DNA of 64,000 bases from Acanthaster planci (lineage: Eukaryota): the NCBI RefSeq assembly GCF_001949145.1, contig NW_019091361.1:3063854-3127853 (forward strand), given 5' to 3'. This document shows positions 13,901 through 25,336 of the stretch, piece by piece. Position 1 is the stretch's first letter. The number at the start of each line of letters is the position of its first letter. The position numbers were made by a program, and so were the translations under genes. The notes under the pieces were generated by a model. The model was not told the DNA's origin. It searched no databases and saw nothing but the letters and a program-made list of their open reading frames with translations.

Positions 13901-16900
13901 AGGTACAACTTGGCCAGTCTTACCTCTAATGACTGCTCAGTTAGGTTGGACAGTGCCTGGACTAGAGAGGGCGCAATCTGACCCAGTCTGGCATCCTGAG
14001 TACCAAGATTACTGAACACCACATCGCCTGGAAATGACAAGGAGACAATGGATTTCCAAACAATGTATGAACGCAAGTGGACGGATAGCACCATTCTGAT
14101 GCAAGGCCTGACTGACACTCTCTCTGCTTGGTCACGAAATGCAGCCGTACACACACACACAGAGTCCCCTCTGTAACTGTTCTGGAAAGGTGAGATGGAC
14201 CCACCACACATCCACTGCCTTAGGGAGGGTTTCAAAAATTAAGAACGTTCCCGTTCTGTTGGACTGTTCCCACTGGAACACTGGCGCTGGAACATGCCCG
14301 CATCGCAAGCACATTCTAGACAGTTCCTGGCATCGTTCCATTTGGAACACATGCTCCCAGCGGAACGGTGCTGCAGTTACATTTGCAATCGGGAAGAAAG
14401 ATTTTTGGCATTCATTTCTTAGACCCTGCGTCTGCAGGACGGCAGCTGGAGCGCAGCATTTTGTGATTTACTCCTCACGAAGGTTAACTTTTCTCCCATT
14501 TTTTCTTTCCACATTCACCATGGCATAGCTTACCATGCAATGACTTTAGAGTATAATCTGGACACCGTTAATTTTATTGTGTTAATGTTAACATCTGTAC
14601 TTGCAAGTGTTTTATTTATTGTCAGGTTTGCGTGATAGAGGGATTTATCATGGCAATGTTTCCACGCATAAGTATACCGTCATATCAGAAACAATTTAAA
14701 AACCTAACCTGTAATTGAAGGGGTGCGGGGTGAGGTCTTCAAATATCAAGGTTGAATGACATGACTAAGGCAATTAAGCTCAACGTTGGTATTGCAGCCT
14801 ATAGCCGAGTGATACACACACCAACATATACATGTACTCTGCATGAAGTCAGTATGTAGTGATTTTTACTTTTGTATCTCAGTTAAAAACAAAATTTCCA
14901 TCATCACATTAACAATTTTTGTCACATCACAAAGTAGTTTACCTACGCTTGTTTGTCATGGTAGGCTCCGTTTTTGGACATTGGCTAAAATTTGTACATG
15001 GTCGATATGAAGCTACCCGAATGGGGACGTTTCGATGGGAACACATGTTCCCGTCGGATCATTTTCACAAAGGAACACAGCATTCCATGTGGAACATCAC
15101 ATTCCCAACAGAATAGCCAACCGTTCTGGAATGAGAACATGGCATTCTAATGGGAACGTTTCGACTGTTCCAAGACGCTCCCTTACCTGCAAGTTTAGCC
15201 ACCAGGTCCTCCTTTTCCCCTCTGAGGTAGCTCCTGAGGTGTTTCTGGCAGGCCGCAACCGCCTCCATGACACGCTGTGCTGACACCAGCCAGCCTTGTA
15301 GTTTGTCATACTCCAGGTACAGGGAAGCCGGACTAGGCGACTTTCCCCAGTTATCCCATTCACCCATTACTAGGGACAGAAATACAAAACAGCTATTCAA
15401 ACGTTGAAAATTTGGAGGAGTTTTCCTCAGGACCTTTCCTCAGAATTCAAATGTTATTCACCGTTAAGCAAGCTTGAATAATGTATCCTCATTTGACATC
15501 ATCTCATGGATGGGTTGCTGATCATGTGTCGTTGAATTACTGTGTATTACCCAAACGCAAAATTGATAAACTACTTCAAAAATAAGTTCCAGTTTTAAGG
15601 CCTTCTTAGCGATACATGGAAGTTTCAATACTAGGTCACAAGAAATTTTGGCATAAATTTATAATTTGTGACAGGGACTTTGGCAGAGCACTTGTATGAA
15701 TGAAGTTTTACCAATGCACTCATTGACGTTCATCATTTTGTAAAATATACCGAGGTAAGTTACACAAGCTGAAAGAATACAAAGAAAAACAATTTTCTAG
15801 TGAAACCAGAATCCAATAATTTGGAGCTGGAAATTACAGTAATTAATTGGGCAAATAATTCAATTCCCGGGAAAAAACAAGTTGGAAAGCAAGCTGCTCT
15901 GACAAATGTGCTACTTGTGGATGGCTGTCGAGATCAGCCCAATTTAAACTCAGGTGAACAATTTTTCTTAGGTTGAAAAAAAACTGTGCCCAACAGTACA
16001 ATATGCAACAATCTTTGACGCACAATTGTACCTCTCGTTTACAGCTGATGTTTTATAATAGAGAAAAAATTGGAGAGCAACGTATTTTCTGCTTTGCAGC
16101 TCTTTATACAGAATCTAGTTATTTGAGAAATATTCATCCTTCCAAAAGATGTTTGACATCTGATGTTCAATTTGTACTTACCATGTCCATACTTAGAGTC
16201 TGACAGCGTGGAGGGTGACGTGAAGGGAATGCCGGTCAATTGATTCAGCTGCTGCAAGAGAATACACCCATCATCTACAGCAACAAAAAAAAGAGAATAA
16301 GTACATTCGAAAAGGTTTTTGAAGTGCAAATCATTCAGTCAGTAAAAATCAAGAGGAATTTTGAGACTGTACAGAGGAAGATCTGCTGTGATTAAAACAT
16401 AACTTTTCCACTTCTTCGAGGTCATACCAATCAGTAAGTCATTTCCTGAATCTAAGTCCAACATGCCTACTACTTGAGCTCATTTAACCATTCAACACAC
16501 CAGCAAACTGGAAGACTGGAAACATGTATAATTCTGGAGAACTTGATACTGATGGTCTAAATTTAATGGAAGCAAAACTTTCACAGAAAACTCAAATATT
16601 TATGTTTGTATCTGCTAAGTAAGATCCACCCCTCACAATTACAGTACCCAACAAATGTTTGTCTCCTTTGACTGTGTAATCTAGAAACAATCTTGGATAT
16701 TAAATCAAGCTTAACCTTCGAATGGCCACAGTTAAGCTAAGAGTTGAGAGATGCATGGCCTTTCAATACCCTTTATTCTTGGGGTAGCTGTGTTTCACAC
16801 ATCCATTTTAAAAGCAAGAAACGATCACACATCAGGACCATCTACTCTCTGACATGCATTTCATCACTCATATAAACAGGTTGGTGACCTACCGCAGGCA

Positions 16901-19900
16901 GCAAGGGGTACAAAGAGGTCCAAGTGACCCCCCTGAGCACCAGGCAGGATGTTGGCACACAGCTGCTCCCAGAAATACTTGAGTTCAGGTCTCTCCAGGG
17001 ATGCTCGGCTGGTTGCCATGGAGCCCACCAGCTGGATCTCGTCGCAGCCCTCAACCATGATGCCGATACTCCTGAGGACAACCCCCCCCCAAAAAAGAAA
17101 AAAATTATGAAAAACAAAAATCAAAGGCGTATCCAGACATTTTGATTAAATTACTTGCTCCACAGGGCCTACAATGCCCTACCAAAAATTCTTATCTCAT
17201 ACCCTGAGGGTGAGTGTGTCATTTGATTTTTCTCTTTGCAAGCAGTTTTTGAAAGTATTTGTTGTATCGGATAGTATCCGGATGATACCGTGATCAAATT
17301 GGTCCACACTACAGGCTACAGTTTTGTGATCAAACCTCACAAAACTTCTTAGGATCAAGACCTTTTCAAAACACTTGCACAATGCAACATCAATGGGACC
17401 CTCGACAGTTTTCACCAAAACATTGCCAATATTCATATATATTAATTTATCAAAATAAGCATCTCAGTTGATACATTTGTGATGGAAACTGAAACAAAAT
17501 AACATACAAAATTGCCATAACACTGATTCTGTGGCATCCAATCACACATGGGATAAACAGAGACTAATTGCCTCTGCAATGGGCCCCAGGCAGAAACAAC
17601 AGTTCCCCCAGTAAACAACAGAAAGGCTGGCCACTTCCGTGATTAGTCAAAATAAGACCACTTATGGCAGGACCAGGAAAAGTCTACCAACACCCACTGC
17701 GTACATACACTTGACGAACAGTATGTGTTAACCAGCTAAGTGCAAAAATGTCAGCCTGTAGTGTCAGCCCAAGGGCTTACTCTAAGGACAACTCTCCTTC
17801 CCAAGAATTACAGATTTTGCCCTCTTCAATGGCCCAAATGCCTTGTTTTTTCCACCATTTCACCACAGAATGATTAAAACAGTGCCAGTGAAAGACCGGA
17901 GACCATCTGGTTTACACAAAAGCAAACTTGGACTAAGAAATTAAAAATGATGAGTGTAAAAAAACAAATAGAAATGTCCTACATCTCCACTGCAAAGTTG
18001 GCTTTAATCAATTAATTTGGTTAATTAATATAAACTTTACACCATCATACCTTGCCTGCATTCCAGCTAGCACTTCCTCAATCTTGAACAGGAGAGACTC
18101 CAAGGTGGTTCCGATGTACTCATAGGCTACAACCAAGACATCAGGCTTGACAGCAGAGATGAGAAGCTGATGAGATAAATAGAGAGCAATAAACATGAAT
18201 GAAGATTTCAGATAAAATACTCCGTGGCCCACTCCCTTTGGCATACTGAACCAACTGCACAGAATCGGTATCCAGTACCACCCCTTTTACTTTACGGAAA
18301 AAAAGTCTGTTGGCAAGACGAACCTGCATAGCGGTAATCTGTGAGGAGATCACAAGCAGACGGGGGTTCTGGCGTGGCCCTGCGGGACTCAGCTTGCCCA
18401 GTGCACTGTGGGAACGGGTTGCAATGCCTCCTGGGTAATCACCCCCTGCAGACAAGTCTCTCCTGAACAAAATTAGCAAAGATACAACAATCGTCAGGAA
18501 GTGGAACAGATATTGGGTATTCAAGAATTCCGCCAAATGAGCAACACATTAATTATGTCAAAATAGCTACCTGCGGGTGACCGGTTTCTTGGCCTCGTGT
18601 CGGATGGACTGTAGCAGGGCTGCGCCCACGGGTTGGCCCATCTCCAAGGCAATGCTTGCTGAAAGGGTGACCGCCTCTGTGGATACTCCAGAGAAGTCAA
18701 GATCATCTCTCTGAATGTTCAAAGTGAATTCAAAAGTTCGCAAGTGGTTCGTTTTGCAGCAAACACTGAAGTTTTGGAGATGTTTCATACAGGGATGTGC
18801 TCAATTCATCACGATGACTTGATACAATTTTATGATCTCCACAATTTCAATCGCGATGAAGTTGCTCAGTGTGGCATGGTGATTATGCCATTCACTTTTT
18901 GCATGTTTGATATGCACTGAGAGGGAATTTATGTCCTGAAATAACAAGAACTATAGTTAGTTTTAATAGAAAATTATACCTGCCTTTCAGGATTCATTTC
19001 TGATGACGATTTACTAAAAAAAAGTCTGAAAGCAATGGAAGATAAACTTTCAGAAATAATTTCAGTCCATTTGTAAAGCCATTCAAAGTCAAGAAAGTTC
19101 TGAAGAATCACTCGTAAACGTGGGTTCAGCATTTTGTAATAAAAACCATTTACAGAATCCAACCGAGAAGGCATATGAAGCTACTGACCCCTTGGGCTCG
19201 ATGCTGTTCTCTTCTGGACTTTGCTCCCAGCCCGTAATCAAACTCCCTCGCCGGCTCTGTCCAAGACCTCCCGTGCTTGCGCACTGGCAAGGCGTTCACT
19301 GTCTTACTGTTGGCATGTTTCCAGGTGGACGGGGGCATTCCAGGCTGGTTGGGATTGCCAGAATGCACCATGCTCTGGTAGGCGTTCTCTAGATCCTGGG
19401 GTCGGGGGTCAGGGTCCAGCCAGACAGGACGGCTGTCCACTGGGTGGATAGGTCCAATTAAAAAAGACATAAGTGTGACAGTGTTTAATATGGAGTTTTA
19501 TACCACCATTAATTATTGATTACTGACCCACGGAAAGTTGATTTTGCCCAAGGCCCTCATAAAAACCATCTCTGTATCCAAGTCTGTGATCATTCGCAGG
19601 GTACTCACAGCTGCTTGAGACAAGGACATCACTTGATCTTTGCTTTTTCTTCTTTTTGGCTTCAGAGTCATCCAAAGTTGAGCCATCTCCCATCCGGCCA
19701 TACAGGCCAAACTGAAAAGACAACATAGTCAAAAGCAACATCAGCATGGATGACCAGAGCTACCAAAACTGGAAAAAAACATACTTTGTTTATCCTGTGA
19801 AGGAATTGTTGAGAGTCCTGATATTGGCCAAAGTATTAGACCAAATATGAAACGAATTTGGTGGTTTTTAAAGCATGTATGATCCAGTTCTCACAAGTAC

Positions 19901-22900
19901 ATTTATCTATTGTCACCCGTTAAGGCTGGTAGACTGAAATATGCAGCAACTGATTACAATCTTCTGGGTGTACTGCACAGCGACATCTTCTAATGCTGGA
20001 AAAGCCAAGCTAGCAGTTAGTGAAGGTGGAGCAATACTATTTTCTCTGGGAACCACACTCCAATGCATTTTACACGTTCACCCAAATACTCAATGTCTTT
20101 CTGAATATTCCGCTGAAACTTAAAATTACTCACAGGGCTGACGCGCACGTAGTGCATGAATGTGCAAAGTGAAGTCACCCTCTGCAGCTCTGCTTGCAAT
20201 GCCTCCCAGCACAGCACCTTTAAACTTTACGAGCCAGTTGACTGCACCACAGCACAGACGGAGTTATAGCTCTGTGGCCGGGAATAAACTGGGCCTTTTA
20301 ACTGGACTTACATCTTTGGGTGATTGGGCAACGTCCAGCGTCTGGAGGCAGTGAACGTAATGCCTCTTCCATGCTCCGTATTCGTTATCCTTGGGTTTGT
20401 AAGGCAAGAACCAGCCCAGTTTGATGCATTTAGGCATCCACAGAATGTCCTGCAAATTACAACATTTGAAGTACACAAATGATTGCCATAAAAATAGCGT
20501 AAGTAGGCAAAGAGTGTATAGATGTTCAGAAATGGGTCATTCTATAAATTCGCGGTCTGTCCCTGCTACACATGACCTGTATAATTTGACAAAAAGGCAT
20601 ATTGGTGAAATTGATTTCAAACTATTATTTGTTTGGCAGATAATTTGCAGTACCTTTTTACTCTTAGAAATTAAAGAATGAATTGTAAACATAAAAAAAA
20701 TCACACGCTAGACGTAACAGGGACAGGAAAAAATTGGACCCCAAATTTAGAGAATGACCCAAATGGTTTTTCAAATTTGATGGTATACAGAAGCCGTGAA
20801 GTTGTACTTTAGCACGTCTTTGGGAAAAGACACTACCATTGAGACCAGATGATAAATCTGTGGCTCTTCACACATGTATGTAAACTGAAATGAACACGTG
20901 CGACATATTATACCAGAGGGCCGAGTAGGCAATCATATAATACATCGTGATTGGTCGTATGATGATTTCTAATGGGTGTTAGAAATCTATCTTGCCACAT
21001 TGCAGTTCTGAGGCCGCACTGTGTGAAAATGTAAAAAGCTTTCCATGACAGCAACATGTTTGATAGCACATTGTGTCACACTGTGTCCATTTATCTGCGC
21101 TGTGATCCCTACCTCATTCTGCAGGTGAATCCCCCATTCAACCACATTTTAGGAATTGACGGATCACAGAAGCCAGCCCTGAACAAAAATATCTGCAACT
21201 GATGATAGCACGGTGGCTGTCAGTCTCGGTTTCATTGTTGTATTCGAGTCCATCACAAGTCCTTTTACAAGTCCCTTCGCAAGTCCAGTCACAAGTCCCT
21301 TCACAAGGCCAGTCATATTGGTGAACAATGACAGAGGAGTGCTTTTGTCAGAGCTCATTTGAATGGCTTATGAATTGGCTTCAGACTGAATGACTTGTGA
21401 TGGACTTGTGAGGGATTAACAGGGACTTGCAATGGACTCGAATACAATGCTGCTCTGCTTCGCTGTCATGCGAACAGGTTCAGTTCACAGGGATAGATGA
21501 CCAACCTGCTCGGCAAGGAACTTCCAATGCCAGCACACCATGGCGGCCTTGCTCAGACTACGGGGGTCCAGGTAGGACAGGATGTAGAGTGCCAGAAAGC
21601 GCGGCAGCACCGCAGTGAAGTCCAGGTGCTCCAGGGGAACACGCCCCTGGAACCAGTTGTAGAGGTAAAGGAGCTGTGCCCGTCGGCAGCGCAGCAGGAT
21701 GTACTGCAAGAAACGCTTCCTCTGAGCATCCGTCCACAGGTCAAACTTGTTCAAAGTATTGGAAAGTTAACAGTTTGTTAACCTGAAGAAGGGATTATCA
21801 TGCCATAGCACAAAAGATAGCAGCACTCAGAAAAAGGTTTCAAAATGTTATTTGATGTAAGTCAAGTGAAACAAGCATTACGCAAACAATGAATCTTTTA
21901 CAAGGCTTTGTGAAAAGCAAGTTACTGACGGCATGCAAAGATGTTTGTTTAAAAAGTTGTCACAAAGGCCAAAGCAGGATTGGTCTTGTCTTTTTTCTCC
22001 TAATTCACAGAAAAAACTTGTTATTGACAGACTTGCCGATTAGATATCTAAAAATGATCCACTAGACCGACCCTTGTTTTTTTTAACAAAAGATCATCTC
22101 AAAATTTTTGACTAGAATCAAAGCCCCAATCCAGGCACTTTGTCACGTTTTAAGAGTTATGTCAAGGTTGGCTTCTGTTTCTCTGGAATTCTTTGTGAAA
22201 TAAAACCCATCAAATCCCCCACTCATGAAAACTGATATAGTAATAACTGATTAGTCTGAGTTAAGCGCATGATTGGGAGATGCACTGTGTCACTGGTTGG
22301 CACAGTGAGACAATAACTGAAGCAGCCCTCTCAGGAGGGAATTAAGAATCCCCAGCTTTTTTTTACTACTCATAGTCAACGACGAGGCTTGAATCCGCAC
22401 CTCATGACCTTATTATCTAATCTGTAAGTTGGCTGTGGCACCAAGTGTGAGCTTTTCTGAGCCTTTAGGGTTAGAAGCAGTGCTCTTGTTAATTTCCAAG
22501 CTTACCCAATGGCCAATTAGTTCTCTTCTTTCTACAAATATCTGTCAAGGAAATGGAAAATGGCCGTTTATCTTAATGCAACTGTCAAAATCAAAGTTTT
22601 TCCATCATTCTCTTCTCTTCAAAGGTTTCAATTCTGCTTTCCTGGGGGAGAAAGATGTTGAATCCTTAACTACCTTGTTAGTGGCAACCAAACTAGCAAA
22701 CCTTTCTCCCTGCATCTTATCAAGCTTCACTGCAAATCATGATTCCACCATCTTCGTGAGAAGGGATTAAATTGAGTCATTCCTTGCTACACCAGCATAA
22801 ATGCCTTTCCAAGATGAATACTGACAAAAGCAGACTACAAACCCTCCAAGCACCTGTATTAGCCTCCAAACACCCTGTACCTTAATTCTCCAGGAAACAA

Positions 22901-23359
22901 TTCACCACGATGAGTAAACAGGGATTTCCCCTTCAAGGAAAGCCATGAAATGAAGCAACCAAAATGAGTGACATCTAACTCAAACAAATTAGGCCTGTTA
23001 TTTGAAATAAAATTGGAAATTCTTTTAAAATCTCATCTCAAACGGTTCCGTTAATCAGGGAGAACTCCCCCATGCTTCAGCTAAGACTATCATAAATGCT
23101 GCGGCTGTGTGCCGAGTCCACACACCTGCTCATTGGACGGCTTGTGAAGGATGGGCGTCCACTGGCTCTGGTTGGTCTTCATCTTCAGTGTCTGGAAATT
23201 GCCCTCGCTAGCCAGCGGGGCCACCATGGCAGTTTTCTTGGCTGACTTGGCCGCTCGTTCCGTGGGATAGACAGGCTCTCGGAGGGAAGCAAGTGGCGCC
23301 AGGCCAATCCGGTTGCTAGGGGTGCCATTGGTCCTTGATTCTCTGGCTTTCGCTGCCAT
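4839..23359 (-). CDS. ECT2L: ECT2-like protein (F-box + central conserved domain + RhoGEF DH + PH), 21 coding exons, about 1101 aa; whole coding span
   Basis: Hand-spliced exons: 23126-23359, 22506-22541, 21506-21745, 20312-20449, 19609-19711, 19189-19439, 18571-18710, 18324-18462, 18051-18166, 16893-17071, 16182-16274, 15187-15369, 13924-14027, 13272-13388, 12326-12523, 10483-10682, 9505-9652, 8045-8275, 7159-7310, 5717-5889, 4839-4969. Total 3306 nt, all GT-AG, phases compatible. Motifs [35 protein letters not shown] and [17 protein letters not shown] match vertebrate ECT2L as I recall it. Confidence 0.93.
5068..5369 (+). repeat. Degenerate (CCCAA)n pentamer microsatellite in the last ECT2L intron
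   Basis: Run of cccaa/cccag/tccaa variants. Confidence 0.85.
5370..5580 (+). mobile_element. 5'-truncated non-LTR retrotransposon (CR1/L2-group) 3' end
   Basis: Encodes [27 protein letters not shown], like the PRTIREWN.L......FK..L ORF2 C-terminus; ends in ...ggacagatacag; flanked by 36-bp direct repeats. Confidence 0.75.
5717..5889 (-). CDS. ECT2L: ECT2L coding exon 20, PH domain ([17 protein letters not shown]...LPDSK)
   Basis: ttgttgtag/C ... T/gtgagt; phase 2 to 1. Confidence 0.93.
6553..6892. other. Assembly gap (340 N) inside the ECT2L intron between coding exons 19 and 20
   Basis: Run of N. Confidence 1.
7159..7310 (-). CDS. ECT2L: ECT2L coding exon 19, DH-PH junction ([34 protein letters not shown]...GKAT)
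   Basis: tgtacag/TGC ... GG/gtaaga; not in the ORF track. Confidence 0.9.
8045..8275 (-). CDS. ECT2L: ECT2L coding exon 18, DH domain ([14 protein letters not shown]...QAFVDE)
   Basis: ctctag/TGT ... GAG/gttctc; 231 nt. Confidence 0.92.
8853..9007 (+). repeat. 26-bp minisatellite, about 6 copies (AGAGGTGCCAYAGAACAGGAACCACA)
   Basis: Units start at 8853, 8879, 8905, 8931, 8957 and 8983; the last two carry T>C. Confidence 0.95.
9505..9652 (-). CDS. ECT2L: ECT2L coding exon 17, DH domain ([23 protein letters not shown]...TLDK)
   Basis: gtgcag/G ... AAG/gtgagt. Confidence 0.92.
9846..10075. mobile_element. Degenerate MITE-like element related to 20534-20760
   Basis: aaattaggggtccac...tgtccctgtgacatctg...tgatttt matches the reverse complement of about 20695-20760. 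Confidence 0.5.
10483..10682 (-). CDS. ECT2L: ECT2L coding exon 16, start of DH domain (LQTGDPRH...[10 protein letters not shown]...LSIT)
   Basis: cctgtag/TTG ... CG/gtgaac; DH CR1-like motif [10 protein letters not shown]. Confidence 0.92.
11008..11078 (-). mobile_element. L2-like LINE 3' tail remnant
   Basis: Minus strand reads tgtgaagcgttttgagac...aaatgctat...aataaag(tat)n, typical of L2-clade termini. Confidence 0.45.
11640..11865 (-). mobile_element. L2/CR1-group LINE ORF2 C-terminal fragment
   Basis: [16 protein letters not shown]...[13 protein letters not shown] resembles the GDRAFSV.AP.LWN.LP...FK..LKT.LF consensus. Confidence 0.75.
12326..12523 (-). CDS. ECT2L: ECT2L coding exon 15, acidic linker ([18 protein letters not shown]...FKVTQ)
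   Basis: aaacag/CTC ... CAG/gtgaaa; an alternative in-frame donor is possible 9 nt earlier (AAA/gtaaca, exon ending 12335). Confidence 0.72.
12751..12910 (+). mobile_element. tRNA-derived SINE
   Basis: A-box-like gtggtgcaacggta and B-box ggttcgaatccc, followed by a non-tRNA body ending ggttttcctcc; no full cloverleaf. Confidence 0.7.
13272..13388 (-). CDS. ECT2L: ECT2L coding exon 14 ([11 protein letters not shown]...STKP)
   Basis: attgcag/GTG ... CCA/gtaaga; symmetric phase 0. Confidence 0.78.
13545..13690. mobile_element. MITE-like element, family A, copy 2 (degenerate)
   Basis: gagtcccttcacaagtccagtcaca...gaacaatgac...tgcttttgt...tgaatgac aligns with 21238-21447. Confidence 0.6.
13924..14027 (-). 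CDS. ECT2L: ECT2L coding exon 13 (DVVFSNLG...TEQSLE)
   Basis: tttccag/GC ... GAG/gtaaga; phase 1 to 0. Confidence 0.85.
15187..15369 (-). CDS. ECT2L: ECT2L coding exon 12 ([13 protein letters not shown]...VAKLA)
   Basis: tccctag/TA ... G/gtaagg; phase 1 to 1. Confidence 0.88.
16182..16274 (-). CDS. ECT2L: ECT2L coding exon 11 ([20 protein letters not shown]...YGH)
   Basis: ctgtag/AT ... G/gtaagt; phase 1 to 1. Confidence 0.9.
16893..17071 (-). CDS. ECT2L: ECT2L coding exon 10 (SIGIMVEG...[13 protein letters not shown])
   Basis: tgtcctcag/G ... G/gtaggt; phase 2 to 1. Confidence 0.9.
18051..18166 (-). CDS. ECT2L: ECT2L coding exon 9 ([17 protein letters not shown]...GMQA)
   Basis: tctcatcag/CTT ... 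AG/gtatga; TLESLL motif shared with ECT2L. Confidence 0.9.
18324..18462 (-). CDS. ECT2L: ECT2L coding exon 8 ([10 protein letters not shown]...[14 protein letters not shown])
   Basis: ttgttcag/G ... CAG/gttcgt; phase 2 to 0. Confidence 0.85.
18571..18710 (-). CDS. ECT2L: ECT2L coding exon 7 (RDDLDFSG...KKPVTR)
   Basis: cattcag/AGA ... AG/gtagct; phase 0 to 2. Confidence 0.78.
19189..19439 (-). CDS. ECT2L: ECT2L coding exon 6 ([13 protein letters not shown]...HRAQG)
   Basis: ccacccag/TG ... GGG/gtcagt; phase 1 to 0; RPVW echoes the RPPW motif of homologues. Confidence 0.78.
19609..19711 (-). CDS. ECT2L: ECT2L coding exon 5 ([10 protein letters not shown]...SSS)
   Basis: tcttttcag/TTT ... 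T/gtgagt; phase 0 to 1. Confidence 0.8.
20312..20449 (-). CDS. ECT2L: ECT2L coding exon 4 (DILWMPKC...AQSPKD)
   Basis: ttgcag/GAC ... GAT/gtaagt; highly conserved ECT2L segment. Confidence 0.93.
20534..20760. mobile_element. MITE-like element with GGGTCATTCT terminal inverted repeats
   Basis: gggtcattctataaatt ... aatttagagaatgaccc. Confidence 0.6.
21238..21447. mobile_element. MITE-like element, family A, copy 3 (best preserved)
   Basis: About 26-bp TIR ttgtattcgagtccatcacaagtcc / gggacttgcaatggactcgaatacaa, plus 12-bp subterminal repeats (acaagtcccttc-like). Confidence 0.8.
21506..21745 (-). CDS. ECT2L: ECT2L coding exon 3, F-box ([12 protein letters not shown]...[34 protein letters not shown])
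   Basis: F-box consensus LP...I.SYLD..L.....VC..W; acceptor gaacaag, donor CAG/gttgg; 240 nt. Confidence 0.93.
22506..22541 (-). CDS. ECT2L: ECT2L coding exon 2, 36-nt mini-exon ([12 protein letters not shown])
   Basis: ccttgacag/ATATTT...CATTGG/gtaag; fills the gap corresponding to LFQERVALISHW of ECT2L homologues. Confidence 0.88.
23126..23359 (-). CDS. ECT2L: ECT2L coding exon 1 (MAAKARES...[13 protein letters not shown])
   Basis: ATG at 23359-23357; donor CAG/gtgtg. An acceptor tctttttcag lies 18 nt upstream of the ATG (exon starts 23377), implying a further 5'UTR exon. Confidence 0.85.
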
Positions 23360-25322
23360 TTCTGATCAATTACTTATCTGAAAAAGAATGATATCAAATA
23401 ATGAGGACATGAAGTATGAAAATACTGACTTGAACACATTGAACATACATGTAGATATTGAACACACATAAGCATTCATAAACAAGTTGACAAACATTTG
23501 AGAAATAAATAGGCCTCCTTTCTGTATACTCTTATTAACAGAATTCAGGAATAATTCATACACAAACAAAAAGTAACAAACTGTAAACTTGTTAAGTTCT
23601 GCTGATTGACAGGATCAACAAATTGAGATTAAGATATTAAACCAATGTTACAAACAACGGCAACCTTAGTTTTGAACCCTGCCACTGAATCACAAAGACA
23701 CAGAAAATGTCAAGACTGGTCAGAATTTCATATTTTCTATGACTGCCCTTTCCAAATTTGAGCCTCAATCCTTGTGTTAAAGGGAGACTTCCCATGGCTA
23801 CAAGGTTGTTTTTAACCGAGACACACCCCTTGTAAGATATTTGAGAAATTCAAAACACAAAAAGAGGTGCCCCAATGACTTACGTACATGTATCAACTAA
23901 CAATCTCATTGAGAGAGGTGTTCCTTGACGGGCAGTACTAGAACCGGGTATCTGATTCCCCTAAGGGGCGGGTACCGAGGTACCCATAATAACGGAAACC
24001 CCAAGTACATGTTTCTTCCATCGCGCCCTGGCCCACTCTACTGCAGAGCTGCTGACATTACTTCGTTTGGCAACCATAAGTTAAATTTAGCAGGCATACT
24101 TTGCTACTTGAGATTCGTGAATAAAATCGTAAGTTTCTGAAATAAACTACAGTATAGTAAACTTGAGGTTGTTGGGTCATTACTGTGGTACAGTTAGTTG
24201 GATGTGTAGACTCGCATCACCACAGACGGGCAGCCTGCATGGCTGCATCACTGAGCAAGCACAGCTAGCTAAGCCCTCACATTCTCAGGGAGGCTTGCAG
24301 GTTCACACATGCAATGCATGCGTGCTTCATCAGTCTAGCTGCCTGCTAAGTTGCACTTGGTATGTAGGTTAAGATTGGTTCTTTTTGATAATAATCGGCA
24401 ACCTCAAGATCAAGAAAATGCTGGTGAAAGGGGGCTTAAAAGATGTTTGGGCCTTCTCAGATTTTTCCAGTCCGCAACCAATCAATCATGTGTCAATGGA
24501 CATGATGGAAAGGGCACTTGCCTGAGAGTCTGCGACAAATTTAGCATGTTTAGGCAATTTTGGGTAATAAAATCGACAAAAATGGAATTGGGGACCCATA
24601 ATCAGCAGACGGGTTATGCCTTTGCCATGCCACAGGGGGCCTACAGCCCCACTCAATGAGACAAGAACCAACTTGAGCCTAGATAGGCTAGGGTACCTAC
24701 CGGTAGGCCTACTTGCTACACACGCTAAATGAATGTGCGTCTGCGTTCTACAATGTCAGTGGCTTACTCACACGCACATTTTCACCACATAAAACATGGC
24801 AACGTATGCATGGTATGAACGGATAACAGAAAAATATATAGGCCTAATGCATGACATGTGACAGGTAAATAAAGAGGTTGGCGTAGGCAGATGCCTAAAT
24901 TGGGCCAGGTGTAAATTCAAGCACCGGATCAGCAAGTTACCGTTAGTGTTTCTGTTGTTTAACATCAGCGTGACTTTATTCCAACTCAAGGCAATTACTT
25001 CACGATGGCTTAACCATTACAATCATTTTACACAAGCCTACTTTTCCTAGATGACAACTTTTAGGTGCTTGGTTTTGTGAACTGTGGAAAGTTTGGTTAA
25101 ATTTGTTCCAATCTACTCGAGATTCACTGCATGCAGCCGCGATCCACTCAGCGATCAAGCATCCATCCAAATTGTAATAATGAACTTTGACCTCATCATC
25201 AGCCTTCGCGCCGTCTCCAGATAGATACTCTTTATTTCTACATATAATTCGGCCAGCACGTCACTTTATTATCATAGCCATTCGGTATGCAGTAAACCAA
25301 GTAACTTTCTCTGTAGCGTCCT

Positions 25323-25336
25323 GTTGGCTAGACAAC
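25323..25336. promoter_or_regulatory. X-box-like (RFX) motif in the probable ECT2L promoter region
   Basis: GTTGGCTAGACAAC (minus strand GTTGTCTAGCCAAC), about 2 kb upstream of the ATG, where CpG density rises. Confidence 0.4.

Noticed and set aside
14240..15170. GGAAC/GTTCC-rich patches at about 14240-14370 and 15015-15170 as a regulatory array
   Set aside because: They look like two degenerate, inversely oriented pieces of one repeat family; too decayed to define.
24295..24338. Second hammerhead (minus strand CTGATGAAG-stem-GAAC)
   Set aside because: The second core box is GAAC rather than GAAA and there are no convincing stems I and III.
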